From Macrostomum lignano (taxonomy: Eukaryota), in contig NIVC01003334.1 of the NCBI GenBank assembly GCA_002269645.1, positions 39,669 to 103,668 of the forward strand: DNA of 64,000 bases, read 5' to 3'. Both the position numbers and the translations under genes were made by a program. Shown here piece after piece: positions 1 to 13,695 of this stretch. The notes below the pieces were generated by a model, which did no database searches, was not told the DNA's origin, and saw nothing but the letters and a program-made list of their open reading frames with translations. Positions within the stretch are counted from its first letter, which is position 1. The number at the start of each line of letters is the position of its first letter.

Positions 1-2219
1 GGGTGGTGGATTTACATTCTGAGGTGGTGGATTTACAGCCTGGGTGGTGGATTTACAGTTTGAGGTGGTGGATTTACAGTCTGAGGTGGTGGATTTACAG
101 TCTGAGGTGGTGGATTTACAGCCTGAGATGGTGGATTTACAGCCTGGGTGGTGGATTTACAGTCTGAGGTGGTGGATTTACAGTCTGAGGTGGTGGATTT
201 ACAGTCTGAGGTGGTGGATTTACAGTCTGAGGTGGTGGATTTACAGCCTGGGTGGTGGATTTACAGTCTGAGGTGGTGGATTTACAGCCTGGGTGGTGGA
301 TTTACAGTCTGAGGTGGTGGATTTACAGTTTAAGGTGGTGGATTTACAGCCTGGGTGGTGGATTACAACCTGAGATGGTGGATTTACAGTCTGAAATGGT
401 GGATTTACAGTCTGAGGTGGTGGATTTACAGTCTGAGGTGGTGGATTTACAGTCTGAGGTGGTGGATTTACAGTTTAAGGTGGTGGATTTACAGCCTTGG
501 TGGTGGATTACAGCCTGAGATGGTGGATTTACAGTCTGAAATGGTGGATTTACAGTCTGAGGTGGTGGATTTACAGTCTGAGGTGGTGGATTTACAGTTT
601 GAGGTGGTGGATTTACAGCCTGGGTGGTGGATTACAGCCTGAGATGGTGGATTTACAGTCTGAGTTGGTGGATTACAGCCTGAGATGGTGGATTACAGCC
701 TGAGGTGGTGGATTTACAGTCTGAGCTGGTGGATTTACAGTCTGAGGTGGTGGATTTACAGCCTGGGTGGTGGATTTACATTCTGAGGTGGTGGATTTAC
801 AGTCTGAGGTGGTGGATTTACAGTCTGAGGTGGTGGATTTACAGTTTGAGGTGGTGGATTTACAGTCTGAGGTGGTGGATTTACAGCCTGGGTGGTGGAT
901 TTACAGTCTGAGGTGGTGGATTTACAGTTTAAGGTGGTGGATTTACAGCCTGGGTGGTGGATTACAGCCTGAGATGGTGGATTTACAGTCTGAGGTGGTG
1001 GATTTACAGTCTGAGGTGGTGGATTTACATTCTGAGGTGGTGGATTTACAGTCTGAGGTGGTGGATTTACAGTCTGAGGTGGTGGATTTACAGTTTGAGG
1101 TGGTGGATTTACAGCCTGGGTTGGTGGATTACAGCCTGAGATGGTGGATTTACAGCCTGGGTGGTGGATTACAGTCTGAGCTGGTGGATTTACAGTCTGA
1201 AGTGGTGGATTTACAGTTTGAGGTGGTGGATTTACAGCCTGGGTGGTGGATTACAGTCTGAGCTGGTGGATTTACAGTCTGAGGTGGTGGATTTACAGTT
1301 TGAGGTGGTGGATTTACAGCCTGGGTGGTGGATTACAGTCTGAGCTGGTGGATTTACAGTCTGAAGTGGTGGATTTACAGTTTGAGGTGGTGGATTTACA
1401 TTCTGAGGTGGTGGATTTACAGTCTGAGGTGGTGGATTTACAGCCTGGGTGGTGGATTTACAGTCTGAGGTGGTGGATTTACAGTTTGAGGTGGTGGATT
1501 TACAGTTTGAGGTGGTGGATTTACAGCCTGGGTGGTGGATTTACAGTCTGAGGTGGTGGATTTACAGCCTGAGATGGTGGATTTACAGCCTGGGTGGTGG
1601 ATTTACAGTCTGAGGTGGTGGATTTACAGCCTGGGTGGTGGATTTACAGCCTGGGTGGTGGATTACAGCCTGGGATGGTGGATTTACAGTCTGAAATGGT
1701 GGATTTACAGTCTGAGGTGGTGGATTTACAGTCTGAGGTGGTGGATTTACAGTCTGAGGTGGTGGATTTACAGTCTGAGGTGGTGGATTTACAGTTTGAG
1801 GTGGTGGATTTACAGCCTGGGTGGTGGATTACAGCCTGAGATGGTGGACTTACAGTCTGAGCTGGTGGATTTACAGTCTGAGGTGGTGGATTTACAGTTT
1901 GAGGTGGTGGATTTACAGTCTGAGGTGGTGGGTTTACAGTCTGAGGTGGTGGATTTACAGTCTGAGGTGGTGGATTTACAGTTTGAGGTGGTGGATTTAC
2001 AGCCTGGGTGGTGGATTACAGCCTGAGATGGTGGATTTACAGTCTGAAATGGTGGATTTACAGTCTGAGGTGGTGGATTTACAGTCTGAGGTGGTGGATT
2101 TACAGCCTGGGTGGTGGATTTACAGTCTGAGCTGGTGGATTTACAGTCTGAGGTGGTGGGTTTACAGCCTGAGGTGGTGGATTTACAACCTAAGGTGGTG
2201 GGTTTACAGCCTGAGCTAA
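1..2219. repeat. Minisatellite array of 19-21-bp units (TCTGAGGTGGTGGATTTACAG / CCTGGGTGGTGGATT(T)ACAG) inside a TRAM1-like intron
   Basis: About 100 tandem units are directly visible, and the array runs off the window start. The EVVDLQS / RWWIYSL ORFs are translations of the unit. Confidence 0.97.
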
Positions 2220-2350
2220 GGTGGCGAAGATAAGAGCCCGATTACTATTGCTTGGTTCCAAAGGACCCGAGGGCCGAAGTTTGCCCAGCATAAGTGATAA
2301 ATGAACAAAATAAAAAGCCCAAACAAAACCAGTAAATTTGATTGACTCAC

Positions 2351-5300
2351 TTGAAAGTAGAGCTCGGGAAAGCAGTGCAACCAGTAGCAGATCTGGCAGA
2401 TAAAATAGAACTTGAACCAGAATGACAGATACAGATGAGGATAGCCGGTCCACAGAGTCGAGATAGAGGCTAACAGGCGCTCCTTATAGACAATATTAGA
2501 GCCCCACAGGAAGCTGATCAGATAGAACAGAAGTAGCTGGCTTATTTCACTAACTTTACCATACTGAGACTTAGAAAAATGCAAACGCTTGTAGAGTCGG
2601 TCGATAATATATTCTTGAACTACAGCGTGAATTACAATAGCGATGAGGGTGTAGAACAGACAGGTTAGTAGATCCCGATAGCCAGCCGTGTAGAGAGTGC
2701 CAACGCGATTGACAGTGTCTTGCAAAGATGCCTGGTTGCCTAGTCACAAAAGTAAGTATTAAATAATAGATCTATGGATTTATTTTCATAATTTGAAAAG
2801 AACAAGATCAAGTGTCAAAGAATAACAATAAAGATAAGGCGACTTACTTCTAATAGTCACATTATGCTGTAGCATAATAAATAGCTTTGAAACTGGAGCA
2901 GTGACCTGAAATAACAAAATTATTTAAAGGCAAAATTTATAAGCTATAAACAAGAAATGCATTATATTATATACAAATACAGAAGGCTCAGTCCAGTGGT
3001 CTAGCATAGCACTTTGATGTGCCAGCAGCCTGGAATCTTAGCTTACAAAAAGGCTTATGCAATAAATGGTCTTGAGGCCAACTATAAATATAGTTAGGGC
3101 TGCTAACACTGGGATACTTTGGACAGAGGGATACTCAGACACTGGGATACTTCGGACAGAGGGATACTCAGACACTGAGATACTTTGGACAGAGGGATAC
3201 TCAGACACTGAGATACTTCGGACAGAGGGATACTCAGACACATAAGCTCATGTGAGTATGCCCATGCTATGACTATATATAGTCTATATAACAACTATAT
3301 AATAACTTACTTTTTCCTAACCCAGACAATCTGTCTAATCTTGCATTTTGTCAATAGGTGATCTGCCTCTTTATCCAATTCTCTATTAGATGTCCTATCC
3401 TCTATGCCAATGTACCCTATTAGCTATTAGAATTCCCCATCAGTGTGCCCTATTTCCTAGGCAACTTTGATTTATCATATAGCAATTCTTTCTTTTCTTG
3501 CTTGGACTGAATTTAAAGTATAGACAATGTCTTGCCACTTGGACACTTACACTACTAGAAGTATCTCTGAAGCATACTCTTTATAATAAAAAATTGAATA
3601 ATTTTTCCCAATTCCAAGAAATTCCCAAGTCCCCTAAATCAAATTTACTGAGAGTCATGAGATTTATCCCCCTATCCCCCTAGCTAGATGCATGCCTGAA
3701 CAAAAATTGAATAATTACAAATGCATGCCAAAAATTGAATGCCCATTCTTAAAACTACTATGGTGTTGCAACAATAAATGAATTTTTATGTTGTGACAAT
3801 AAATGACTTCTTTTAAATTGCATAATGAACCTTTTTTAGCAAGTAATTTGTTTTTTGCTTTTTTTGGCAATACTATTTATACTAGAAAATTGATACATGC
3901 AATGATTTGTTTAACTGCTTTGTTACATGCTTAAAAACAAGAAACCTTGAAATTTATGCTTAAAAATGAACTTTTTTCATCTTTGTCCTACTTCACAATA
4001 ACTCTTCTACATAATTTTATAGAGTGCACGCCCTGTATGCATGTATATTATTTTCTTAGAAGCAATGCACGCCAACTGTGCACACCTACTTTTGCCTTGG
4101 CATGCAAGGCCAATGTAGACCCCAGGATGGAATTCTTGCACAAAAGTTGTTACGCGTTTGTGCGCATTGTCAAATTCGTGCATGCTTGCATGCTGAAAAG
4201 GAGCCTACTTGCGTGCTCTTAAAGAAGGTGTGTGCATGCTCCATTGTATGCGCTTGCAAAGAAGCTGTTTGCTATAGAATCACAGACAGGATTTGACTTT
4301 TACATGCATTCAACATGCTTATGTGCCATGTAGTGTATGCGCACTCAAGTTCTCCCACTTTTCATAGTCCCAAAGGTTGTTTTTACGCTGGAAAATTTTA
4401 AACAAAAGTAAAATGAAGAATAATAGTTTTTAGCAAAAACAGTTACTTTAAAGTTTAGTGACTCTTATAATTTTAAAAGAATATTTTCTTCAAAAAATTA
4501 TAGTGTTTAACCTACTTTACACTTAAGTACAACTTTCTAATTTACATTGGCATAAGAATTGAAAAACTAGAAATTTCATTTTTTAGCGCATGGGCCTGCC
4601 ATGATCTGCATTATGACTTTTTTACAGCTGGTGTGCGCGCTTGCGCGCTGCTCCAAAAACGTGCGCGCACGTTTTCCTACCCCCGAGCCATAGTCAGGAA
4701 GGTGGCCTCTGAGGGGGAAAATTCCCGCGCACACAAAGGGTCTTGGCGCACAAGCGCGGCGCACACAAGGGGTCCTTGGTGCACTTGGCGCACAATCATG
4801 GCGCACACTGAGGTCCTTAGCACATGCGGCGCATAATTGCAGCGCAAAAGGTCCCTGACATACATGAAAATTGTAATGCAAATTAACTATTTTACGTAAA
4901 ATAAAAGAGATTTGTATAGTCTAGAAAGTCAGTGATAAACTTTTTGCTTCTTTAAAATTAACAGTAAATAAAATTAGTATAAATTATCGCTAAAAACGTC
5001 AATTTTGCAGTACTCTATTTGTAGGTATAATTCAAGTTTGTTTAAAATGAAAATATGCGTAACACTTTAGAAAGGCTTTTCGTACAAAGGCCTTTCTTAG
5101 AAAACTCTACTTATGAAGTGGCGCACAGAGGGCGCACAGACAGCGCACAAATGGCGCATAGACGGCGCATAGATGGCGCACAAATTGTCCCAAAAAAATT
5201 ATTCTGGCACACATTGTGCCACCTTCTTGACTATGGCCCCCAAGCAAAAATTCCATCTTGGTACACACCCAAATTTTTGGGTATATACTACATGATCCAG

Positions 5301-6030
5301 AGTGTGGATACAAAAAAGACTAGAATTTGTAGAATTTTTAGAATTGTAGAATCAGTAGAATTTCCCAAATATAACCTTCCACCCATAGCTATAGTTTGGA
5401 AAGTGATTATATATAGGCCTATGCACAGGATTTTAGATTTCCTAGCATATAAGAAGGGTACTTGCTATTTTCTAGCATAGCCTATATCAGTATATATCCT
5501 AATCCTAGCATAAATGACAGTGGAAAATTTTTGGCTTAAATCTATGGCACACTTGCATACATGTTAGGCCTAGGATCAAATAAAGTGACTTTTTATATAA
5601 ACAATGCTATATATATGCAATACTAGGCCCTATCAATACAGATTCATGGAACAAGGAATAATAACAAAACAATTTTAAACTTTGTGCCCTAAGAAAACTT
5701 TTTTTTTCAATTTTTAGCAAATAAAAGTAGGGCCTATTTAAAACACTTCCTAGTCCTAGAAAATTTTTTTGTCTTGGCATATGCCTACAAATGTGCTCAG
5801 CTCATGTAATTTTCCCCTGATTAAAGCAAAATGTTGTAAAAGTGCAAAGGAAACTATTATCAAACGAAATATAAGGAACAAAAGTAGGAATATACCTGGA
5901 ACATCAATCCAATGACAATCACCATTGCAATAAAGCTGACTATGTCACCATGATTTGCAATGATATAATCATGAGAAAAGTAGGATGTATTTTTATATTT
6001 CTTCTTTGTACCTTTAGTGAATGACATCAT
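2351..6030 (-). CDS. TRAM1: Translocating chain-associated membrane protein (TRAM1-like), 5' three exons; the gene continues left of the window
   Basis: Exons 6030-5896 (MMSFTKG..SHDYIIANHGDIVSFIAMVIVIGLMFQ), 2905-2848 (VTAPVSKLFIMLQHNVTIR) and 2739-2351 (..GYRDLLTCLFYTLIAIVIHAVVQEYIIDRLYKRLHFSK..YWLHCFPELYFQ). All introns are GT-AG with consistent phases (0,1,0). Motifs match TRAM1 (SHEFVLQNHADIVS, LQYNVT, YWLHAFPELYFQ). Confidence 0.92.
3106..3243. repeat. 33-bp tandem repeat, about 4 copies (ACACTGGGATACTTTGGACAGAGGGATACTCAG), intronic
   Basis: Directly visible. Confidence 0.9.
4687..5237. mobile_element. Putative non-autonomous DNA element (MITE) with 20-bp terminal inverted repeats GCCATAGTCAGGAAGGTGGC
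   Basis: 4687-4706 matches the reverse complement of 5218-5237 at 19/20. There are GGCGCAC arrays inside both ends and an AT-rich core. No TSD found. Confidence 0.6.
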
Positions 6031-7189
6031 GTTACTATTAACCACTTATTGGATACTCGTTACAGCACTAGTTCTGAATGTCTGATTTTTATGTACTAAT
6101 GACAATGTTAACAAGACCAAGACTTACTGTCGCACTGCAAAGAGTCATGTCTGTCTGCCTATCTGAGAGCTCGTGTCGCGGAAATCCCAGATTGAATTGT
6201 ACACAAATCTATAACAAATGCAAATTAAAGTAGTTACAGAAGTCTAGCAAGTTAAGCTGAAAAGCAATTTTAGGTTAGAATTAAAGAAACCACCCTCAAT
6301 ATCTTGAAATTTTCATTATGACTTAATTATTGCAGGGATGCGATAATAAGTGATTAACAAACTTTACTTTGGAAAGACATAAAATATTCAAGAGTAAAAC
6401 TATCAGCATCTGCGGTGAACATGCAGTTCCGTATTTTTCCTAACTTTTTCTGACTTCTGTTTATTGGTCAGATTAGGTGCAGTTTAAGTGAAAGTTAAAA
6501 TTAAATCCAATATAATAAAAATGATTTGCCTTTTTTTCGCTAGTTTTCTCGATTAGAGAAAAAAAGCTAAACTGATTTTCATGAGACTTGCACTGTTCGA
6601 TCAGAAATTAACGGTAATAATGTGTCGCGGATTATCTAGTAAGCTTACATGTACTCTAGTTATATAATCTCGTTAGCCAGTAATCGATAATCTAGTAAGC
6701 TATAGTAATCAATTAGCTATATGATAATTTGATAATCATTAGATCGAATAAAATAACATATTATGTAACCTCACATAGTAAACTATAATAATCGATAATC
6801 TAGTAAGCTATTAGTCTGGTACTAGCTTGATGATCTCTACAGTAAACTAGCCTGATATTCGATAATCTAGTAAGCTAGCTATGTAATCGATAATCTAGAT
6901 CCACGTCAGTGAAAGCAGAATGCTGGGCGACTTGAAAAATGTAAATAAGGTAAAATAAAACAGGACAGGATAGCCAGTTACCCGCACCTGCTTCAATAGA
7001 GCTATATATGTTGGAATGAGGCGGGCATTCCTTTCAGCTTGTGACGTATAAAGTGGCGGCCTCGAGAATAATCTGCGAAGGAAATAAATACGGCAGAGGC
7101 AAATTTGTAGCGGTAGCACTTGGCAGTAATGGCGGCTAATGCGAGCAATGGCCGCAGACTTTGTTTATTGTAACGTTTGTTATTTTCAA

Positions 7190-9156
7190 CAGGGACAGGT
7201 CAAAGTACTAGTAGGTTTGTAACGATGCACTGGCGGCTACGCCAGTGCAATGTGGGCCTCTGCAGAAACCGGAGGCCCACAGGCGACGCTGAAGACGCAT
7301 TTGAGCGCTTTCTTAACGAGCGGCAGCAGGCCGCTGTCGACGACGCCATTAGGTCCATCACTGCAGCCGGCCCCGACGTGAAGAGCCGCGCAGTGTGGAC
7401 GGCCGTCCGGACTCTGACGGGGCGCAAAAAGCGCGTGGCGCTGAACCTGGCCGGCGACACCTCTACGCAGGAATGAATTGCGCGACTTCTTCGCCGGCAT
7501 CGTGAACGCGCCCGCGTCGCCGCTGCCCGCCAGCTTTGCGCTCCCACTGGACACGCTGCTCCCAGCTGAGGAGGACTTCTGCACCTGCTCAGTCACCACG
7601 GAGGACGTTGTGCTGTACGCTCAGAAAACATCAGGCGGCAAGGCGCTCGGCCCCGACGAAGTCCCGGTTGAAGCGCTGCGGCTCCGCTGTGTGGCCTCCC
7701 AGGTCACAGGCGTCATGAACCGCGTGCTCGCCGGCGCTCCTGCGCCTACCGAGTGGACCGTCGCGCACATCGTGCCGATCCCGAAGAAGGCAGGGACAAC
7801 GCGGAAGGAAGACCACCGCGGGATCTCGCTGATGTCCTGCACCGCGAAGCTCCTCAACCGGCTGCTGCTCGATCGTCTGCAGTCGGTGCTGGACCCGTAC
7901 CTGCGGTACGAGCAGAACGGATTCCGGCCACAACGCGGTACAGTGACACAGATCCTCGCACTCCGCCGTGTCATCGAGGAGGCGCGCATCCGCCAGTCTA
8001 CGCTGATCATTGTCTTCGTTGACTTTCGAAAGGCGTTTGACTCGGTGTTGAGAGCCGCGCTCCCCTTTGTCCTTCGAGCCTACCGGGTACCCCAGCAGCT
8101 AATAGACGCGCAGTCATGGCGCTGTATTGCGATACTCGAGTTGCTGTGGTGACGGCGGACGGCCTGTCTGACCTGTTCGATACTTCATCAGGGGTTCTGC
8201 AGGGCGACACGCTAGCGCCGTTCCTCTTCGTGCTGCTGCTGGACTGGGTGCTTCGGACCGCACTCCCCTCGGCTAATGACGGCTTCCTGCTGCGCAGACG
8301 CATCGGTCGCCGCCACGGCGAAAAGCGCCTAAGCGTGCTTGGCTACGCCACGACCTCGCCCTCCTGTCCTCGTCCGTTGAAGGCGCCCAGCGCCAGATCG
8401 ACAGGCTGGTCGAGGTGGCATCGAGCGTCGGTCTGATCGTCAACACGCTGAAGACCGAGGTGCTGACTGTGCCGGCCGACATCCCAGCGGATCTGACGTG
8501 CCGTGGCGCAGACGGGCAGACGACCAGGCTCGCACGCTTCCAGCGGTTCACCTACCTCGGCGGTCTGGTGCCACACGTGGAAGAGGACCTCCGACGGCGC
8601 AGAGAACTTGCCTGGGCGGCCTTTCGTTCGATCCGAGCCGCCCTCCAGTCCGAAGCGCTGCCCGACCGCCAAAGGGCTCGGCTGTGGCAGGCGGTGGTCG
8701 AAACCGTCCTGCTATACAACGCCGAGACGTGGACGCTGACGGCTACGCTGGAGCGGCAGCTGGACTCGGCGCACTCAGGGCTGCTCCGTGCGGCCTTTCG
8801 AGCTGACGAGAGCGTCGAGACCGAGGCCCTGTACGATCGGGCCAAGCTGCAGCGCCCGTCCACCATCCAGCACCGGCGGCGACTTCAACTGGCCACGTGA
8901 TCCGGGCCGAGGGCTACTGCCCCCAACCTGTTCAGGACGTCCTGCTGCTTACCTTGCGGGGTCCATTCAGGCGGGGTTAGGCCCGAACCCGTCGATACGT
9001 GGACTGCCTGCTGTGCGACGCTGGGGCGCCCGGCACTGCCAACGGAGCTGACTTTGTTCGCTCCCAGGCTCTGCGGCGCGCCATCTGACGCGCCCTGCTC
9101 TAACTGTGACTGTGCATGCGGGGTCGCGTATTTTGTTGTTGTTGTTGTTGTTGTTG
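7190..9156 (+). mobile_element. 5'-truncated, frameshifted non-LTR retrotransposon (RT only; RTE-like clade tentative)
   Basis: RT motifs lie in successive frames: HRGISLMSCTAKLLNR, QNGFRPQRGT, FVDFRKAFDSV, SGVLQGDTLAPFLF, a broken YADD at 8344-8354, FTYLGG and LLYNAETWTLT. The frame ends at about 9088, followed by a (TTG)n tail at 9132-9156. At least four frameshifts and one stop. Confidence 0.9.
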
Positions 9157-9436
9157 GCTACACAACAATGAGTTAAATAGTAGAAGGCAGAGTGGGTCGA
9201 TGAGTTGAGGCAGTGGCGACGAGATGATGGCGGTGAACGTACGCTGGCGGCGCTCGTAGTGAGAGCTCGAACAGACAGTAGGAGTGGCGTGACTGAGAGT
9301 GGCAGAGGCGTGATCTACTCGTAGAACCGTGGCGGAGTGAGGCAGGAAGAGAAGGCAAACGAACAAGAGTGCCGGGGCGGCAAGGATCTACAGGCGGAGA
9401 CGCAAATCCGGTTAACCCCGAGCGCACGGCGGGGGG

Positions 9437-10085
9437 TTTCACTAGGCCGAAATTTCACTTCGCCGAAAGCATCTTCCTTCACAAGGCCGAAACTTCACTA
9501 GGCCGAAATTTCACATTGCCGAAAAAAGATTTTAGCAGCCTCTTTCACTAGGCCGAAACTTCACTAGGCCGAAACTTCACTTTGCCGAAATGACTAAGCA
9601 CGCTCTTTCACAAGGCCGAAACTTCACATTGCCGAAAAACCTTAGAGCCATGCATAGTCTACGAATCGGAATCTAGGCAAATCTGCATGCTTTCAAAGGA
9701 GCCATAAAAACATACAAACACTCCATAACTTAAAATTCCATCCGACTGAGACAGAAAATGCAATGAAAATAATAAGCAATCAGAGTTCACCCCCAAATGA
9801 AGTCAGAAATGTCGAAAATATTCCATGCAAAAAACTGAGTGACCATATCGTGCTCCCACTTTGGTAGCAGAGTAACACTTAGATCAAAATAAAGAAACTG
9901 GTGCAGAGAAATCGTCACTGCTTGCTTGCGGTTACATTTTGGAGGCTTAAGTTCACATCCCCTTTCGACCATAGTCAGGACGCTGCTAAAATGATTTTTC
10001 AGCAATGTGAAGTTTCGGCCTAGTGAAGTTTCGGTCTTTTGAAACAGCGTGCTAGTCATTTCGGCAAAGTTAAGTTTCGGTCTGG
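9437..10085. repeat. Inverted arrangement of GGCCGAAACTTCAC(TA) motif arrays; probable non-autonomous DNA element(s)
   Basis: 9440-9650 and the reverse complement of 9980-10080 share CCGAAACTTCACTTTGCCGAAATGACT.AGCACGCT. A CCATAGTCAGGA terminus is present at about 9969. Confidence 0.6.
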
Positions 10086-10361
10086 GGGGGGGAGGGGGCG
10101 AGGAGAACTTAGTATAATTAATGTGCGGCTTTTCTATTGGCCGGCTGGGGAAAAACAGAAACAGAAATTATCGATCGCGCACTGTACGCAGGGTTTACAA
10201 ATGTACGCAGCTGATTTAAGTTATTTGGGCACTACTTTAAGCAGACGTGAGAGAACGAAACTAATAATATTATACATTGGTACCGTATGTCAAAACGGCC
10301 CTTGGCGGGGCTACTTAAACTGACAACGTCACAAGCTCTTCTTGAATATGGTGTGGTGACT

Positions 10362-10639
10362 CGGTAACTCGGCAGAATAGGTAACTCGGCAGAATAGGTA
10401 ACTCGGCAGAATAGGTAACTCGGCAGAATAGGTAACTCGGCAGAATAGGTAACTCGGCAGAATAGGTAACTCGGCAGAATAGGTAACTCGGCAGAATAGG
10501 TAACTCGGCAGAATAGGTAACTCGGCAGAATAGGTAACTCGGCAGAATAGGTAACTCGGCAGAATAGGTAACTCGGCAGAATAGGTAACTCGGCAGAATA
10601 GGTAACTCGGCAGAATAGGTAACTCGGCAGAATAGGTAG
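10362..10639. repeat. 17-bp tandem repeat (GTAACTCGGCAGAATAG), about 16 near-perfect copies
   Basis: Directly visible. The 17-aa periodicity in the ORF track equals 3 units. Confidence 0.97.
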
Positions 10640-10686
10640 CATAGAAGCGGCAAAGCATGAATAACAGTTGAAAGGTGACATATGAT

Positions 10687-11067
10687 ATCCCTAGAAGACA
10701 TTGACGTGTTGATTCTTAACAGATCTTATCTATCTTCTTGGGTTGCTGCGCAAGTTTAGCAAGAACGTTCGCCTCTCGCTATGATAATACTTAGGTAAGC
10801 TTACTAGAACTGGGCGACTTGCTGCATCGTACAAGATCTTAACTTTTATATCTTTCTATAGCTTCCAATCGCATATTTTATTAAATTTATTGTCACATTT
10901 TGCCATAAAAATAATAAAGCTAGAACACTTGGGTCAAATGAATGACAAAACAAATGTACCCCCTTCTTAGAAGATCCTGCAAGAACCGAGCAGATTGAGA
11001 AGATCTGCTAAGAATAGCGCAGAGACAAGATCTGCTAAGTTTGAGAAACAGAATGTCCTCTAGGGAT
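10687..11067. mobile_element. Putative MITE with 16-bp TIR ATCCCTAGA(A/G)GACATT
   Basis: 10687-10702 matches the reverse complement of 11052-11067 at 15/16. Confidence 0.45.
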
Positions 11068-11104
11068 GTAATAGCTAGAAGCCTGAAATCAGACTACAGC
11101 AGCC

Positions 11105-11432
11105 GGTGACCGGACATTTCGTCAACCGGCATTTCGTCAACCAGACATTATGGCAACTCAGCAAACTGTAGCTGATTATTATAGCTGCACCAGCAGCCAG
11201 AGAATGTGAGAAGTAGTAATGCGATGTCAAAATTTGTTTAACACTTCTTGGAAGTTAATTTTCGCACAAACGTTCGGTCCTCAATGGTGTCGCAATACTC
11301 GTACCATGGTACCTGAATACCATGCACATGGTTTCAATATTTTCTATTATAAAACTTAAAACTTTAACTTTAATATGTCTGGTTGACAAAATACCAGATG
11401 ACAAAATGCCGGTTGACGAAATGCCCTGGAAC
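11105..11432. mobile_element. Putative MITE with CATTTCGTCAACC subterminal inverted repeats
   Basis: GGACATTTCGTCAACCGGCATTTCGTCAACCAGACAT (about 11112-11148) is mirrored by ATGTCTGGTTGACAAAAT..GCCGGTTGACGAAATGCCC (about 11374-11427). Confidence 0.6.
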
Positions 11433-11619
11433 CCAGCAGCCACTACTCATTCCGGATTTAGGACGATTTAGGCGAGGCAACCCGCACGAAAGAACCGCAA
11501 AAAGACTCAATAACTAAACCTCCTCGAAACGCTCTAACTCGGTCAGCAAACGCGGAGCTACGTGTGGATGTAAGAATACATGTAGGTGATCGAAGTTGGC
11601 TTGGACGCATTTTGAAATT

Positions 11620-11675
11620 TACGGAGTTCAGGTGGCCGTGAGTCGTGAGTCCGACGCTCTAACCACTAGGCTAAA
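11620..11675 (-). mobile_element. tRNA-derived SINE head fragment
   Basis: The minus strand reads TAGCCTAGTGGTTAGAGCGTCGGACTC, an A-box/D-arm-like sequence. No clear B box or acceptor stem. Confidence 0.4.
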
Positions 11676-13695
11676 ACCCTACCTTTGAAATACTATAAAG
11701 TAACACATTAAGATACAGACGAAATCAAAAGTACATCCTGCTTCTTGCTATTACAATGTCCGAATGGATTGATTGTTTGTTGAAGCCATGCAATGCAGAA
11801 GAGAATTAATACACTATACCGCGGAAATTGGAATTCGATAGAGGTAAACCTAATTTCTCTTGCTCAAGTGCTGTGCGGACTGTGGAATCGTAGAAAATAG
11901 ATGATAGCTTAATTAAAGTCTCAGATGCAATTCGATCTCCCCCTGACCTACCCGAAGAAATTGACAGATTTCATAGATTTTCTATATAGAATCTCATCTC
12001 TTCTACAAGTACATGTATAGGCAGTCCAGTTTCAGGTGCCAGAATCTTCACATAGGAATGTACGTACGGCACTACTACGAGTAATGCGTCTTTTAATTCT
12101 TGTCGAATGTGAACTTATTCATTAAAACCAGCGTGTAAATCTGGTATATACACACGCAGTATATAATTATGCTTGTGTGTGTAAGCTAAAGCAATACGCA
12201 TTTGAGAAGTGCACTTGTTGAGTTGCCAGGGGAAATGAATGCCAGATGTGGGAATAAAATCATTCAAAGAACAATCAACTCCAGACCGGAGGGAGCCGCT
12301 GTTTGCGCGAGCCTGCATTTCTGTGCCAATGGCAAGATGAAGCATTGAATTATTAATTGAGAGGCAATGGCCAAGTCTTCAGTATAGGGCCAGCAGACTG
12401 AAAATTTTCCACTTTCTGTATTATTCCTGCCCCTCGTTGTTGCTTGTTTCTATTTTGGTTTCTGACCAGCTTTTTGCACTGCATGCGCCAAATTAGCATA
12501 AAATTTTTGCATCTAGAATTGCAATTAGTTTATAGAAAGCTGGAGAAAAAACAGCTTCTAATAATTAGGTATATTATTTTATATTCCAGCTATGTGATTT
12601 ACTGCAGTATGATTATTATGATTATGGTTACGCTATGATTATTAGGTGCCATTTTCACCATATTACTGATTCAAATTACTGATTACCGACGTCCTATTAT
12701 AATGGCAGGCTTTTAACTAGCTATAGCTAGATTTTTAATAGTGAGAAAACCAATCACAAAAGTATCAGCCATCGGTTTAAAAAACTTTACATGAAATATT
12801 GTAGCTACAGTACATCGCATGTCTACCATGTCAGGTACATTAATTCCATCAAGGAACAAGGAAAATTTTACAACGCAAAACTTCTTTTTTGAACGTCGCC
12901 TTACTGGAAGTCTAAAAAAACTGCAAACCAACGCAGTACATCCATCTACTGTAACTAGATGTAGCTAACGGTAAATTTTCTTTTCCAAGAAAGACTAGCG
13001 TGAAAAATGTACATGTACATGTTCGTTTGGAAGGAGAGTTATAACTGCTAATAACTATACATTGGTTCCTACTACCAACGCAGCATTCTTCTACTTAATG
13101 TGCCCATCGAAGTAGGTGTACGTGCAGACTCCAGCTGAAATATAAATTTATTTAGATAAACATTTGATTTCTAAACTACTGCAAAATCATCTCAAGTTGA
13201 CGTATTATGAATCGAAATTTACTGGCGTACATTGTTTTAGGAAGAAACTATATTTTGTTATTATATGCACTTTTGTGATGTAATAAGTAATATATAATAT
13301 ATAAGTAATATAATAACAATGCAAGTTACACAGAAAAAGAAAGAAGGTCATTGCTCCTTAATAAATTATAATAAAAATTATCGACAGTTAAATAACAGTT
13401 TTGAATATATTGTCTACATATCGAAAATAATATCTGAAAAATATATAATTTCTGAAAAAAATTTGTACGTACGTACACGAACCTCTGCAGTTCTACCAAG
13501 CCATGTCATGTCAATGGAAGTCGGATTGTTTTACACTGTGTCAGGCTGATCCAATCCGTCACCTTTAAATTAAAGGTACATGTAGTACGAGCTGTAATAT
13601 AACTAGACTATAAATTTGTGTAGGAAATATTTACGTTCTGATTAAAATAAGAATAGCATAAAGCGTAATCTTTTATAGTCTTGTACATGTATATT

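Noticed and set aside
44-2219. Many ORFs with EVVDLQS / RWWIYSL repeats
   Set aside because: They are translations of an intronic minisatellite in several frames.
1-2219. Chi-like GCTGGTGG / GGTGGTGG cores in the repeat
   Set aside because: Chi is a bacterial RecBCD signal. The match is short and expected in a GGT-rich unit.
6895-7119. 74-aa minus-strand ORF with a donor-like CAG|GTGCGG
   Set aside because: No ATG start, no recognisable motif and no partner exon found.
10362-10639. CRISPR-like regular arrays (also 16255-16945 and 52549-52917)
   Set aside because: Units are head-to-tail with no unique spacers, there are no cas genes, and the context is eukaryotic.
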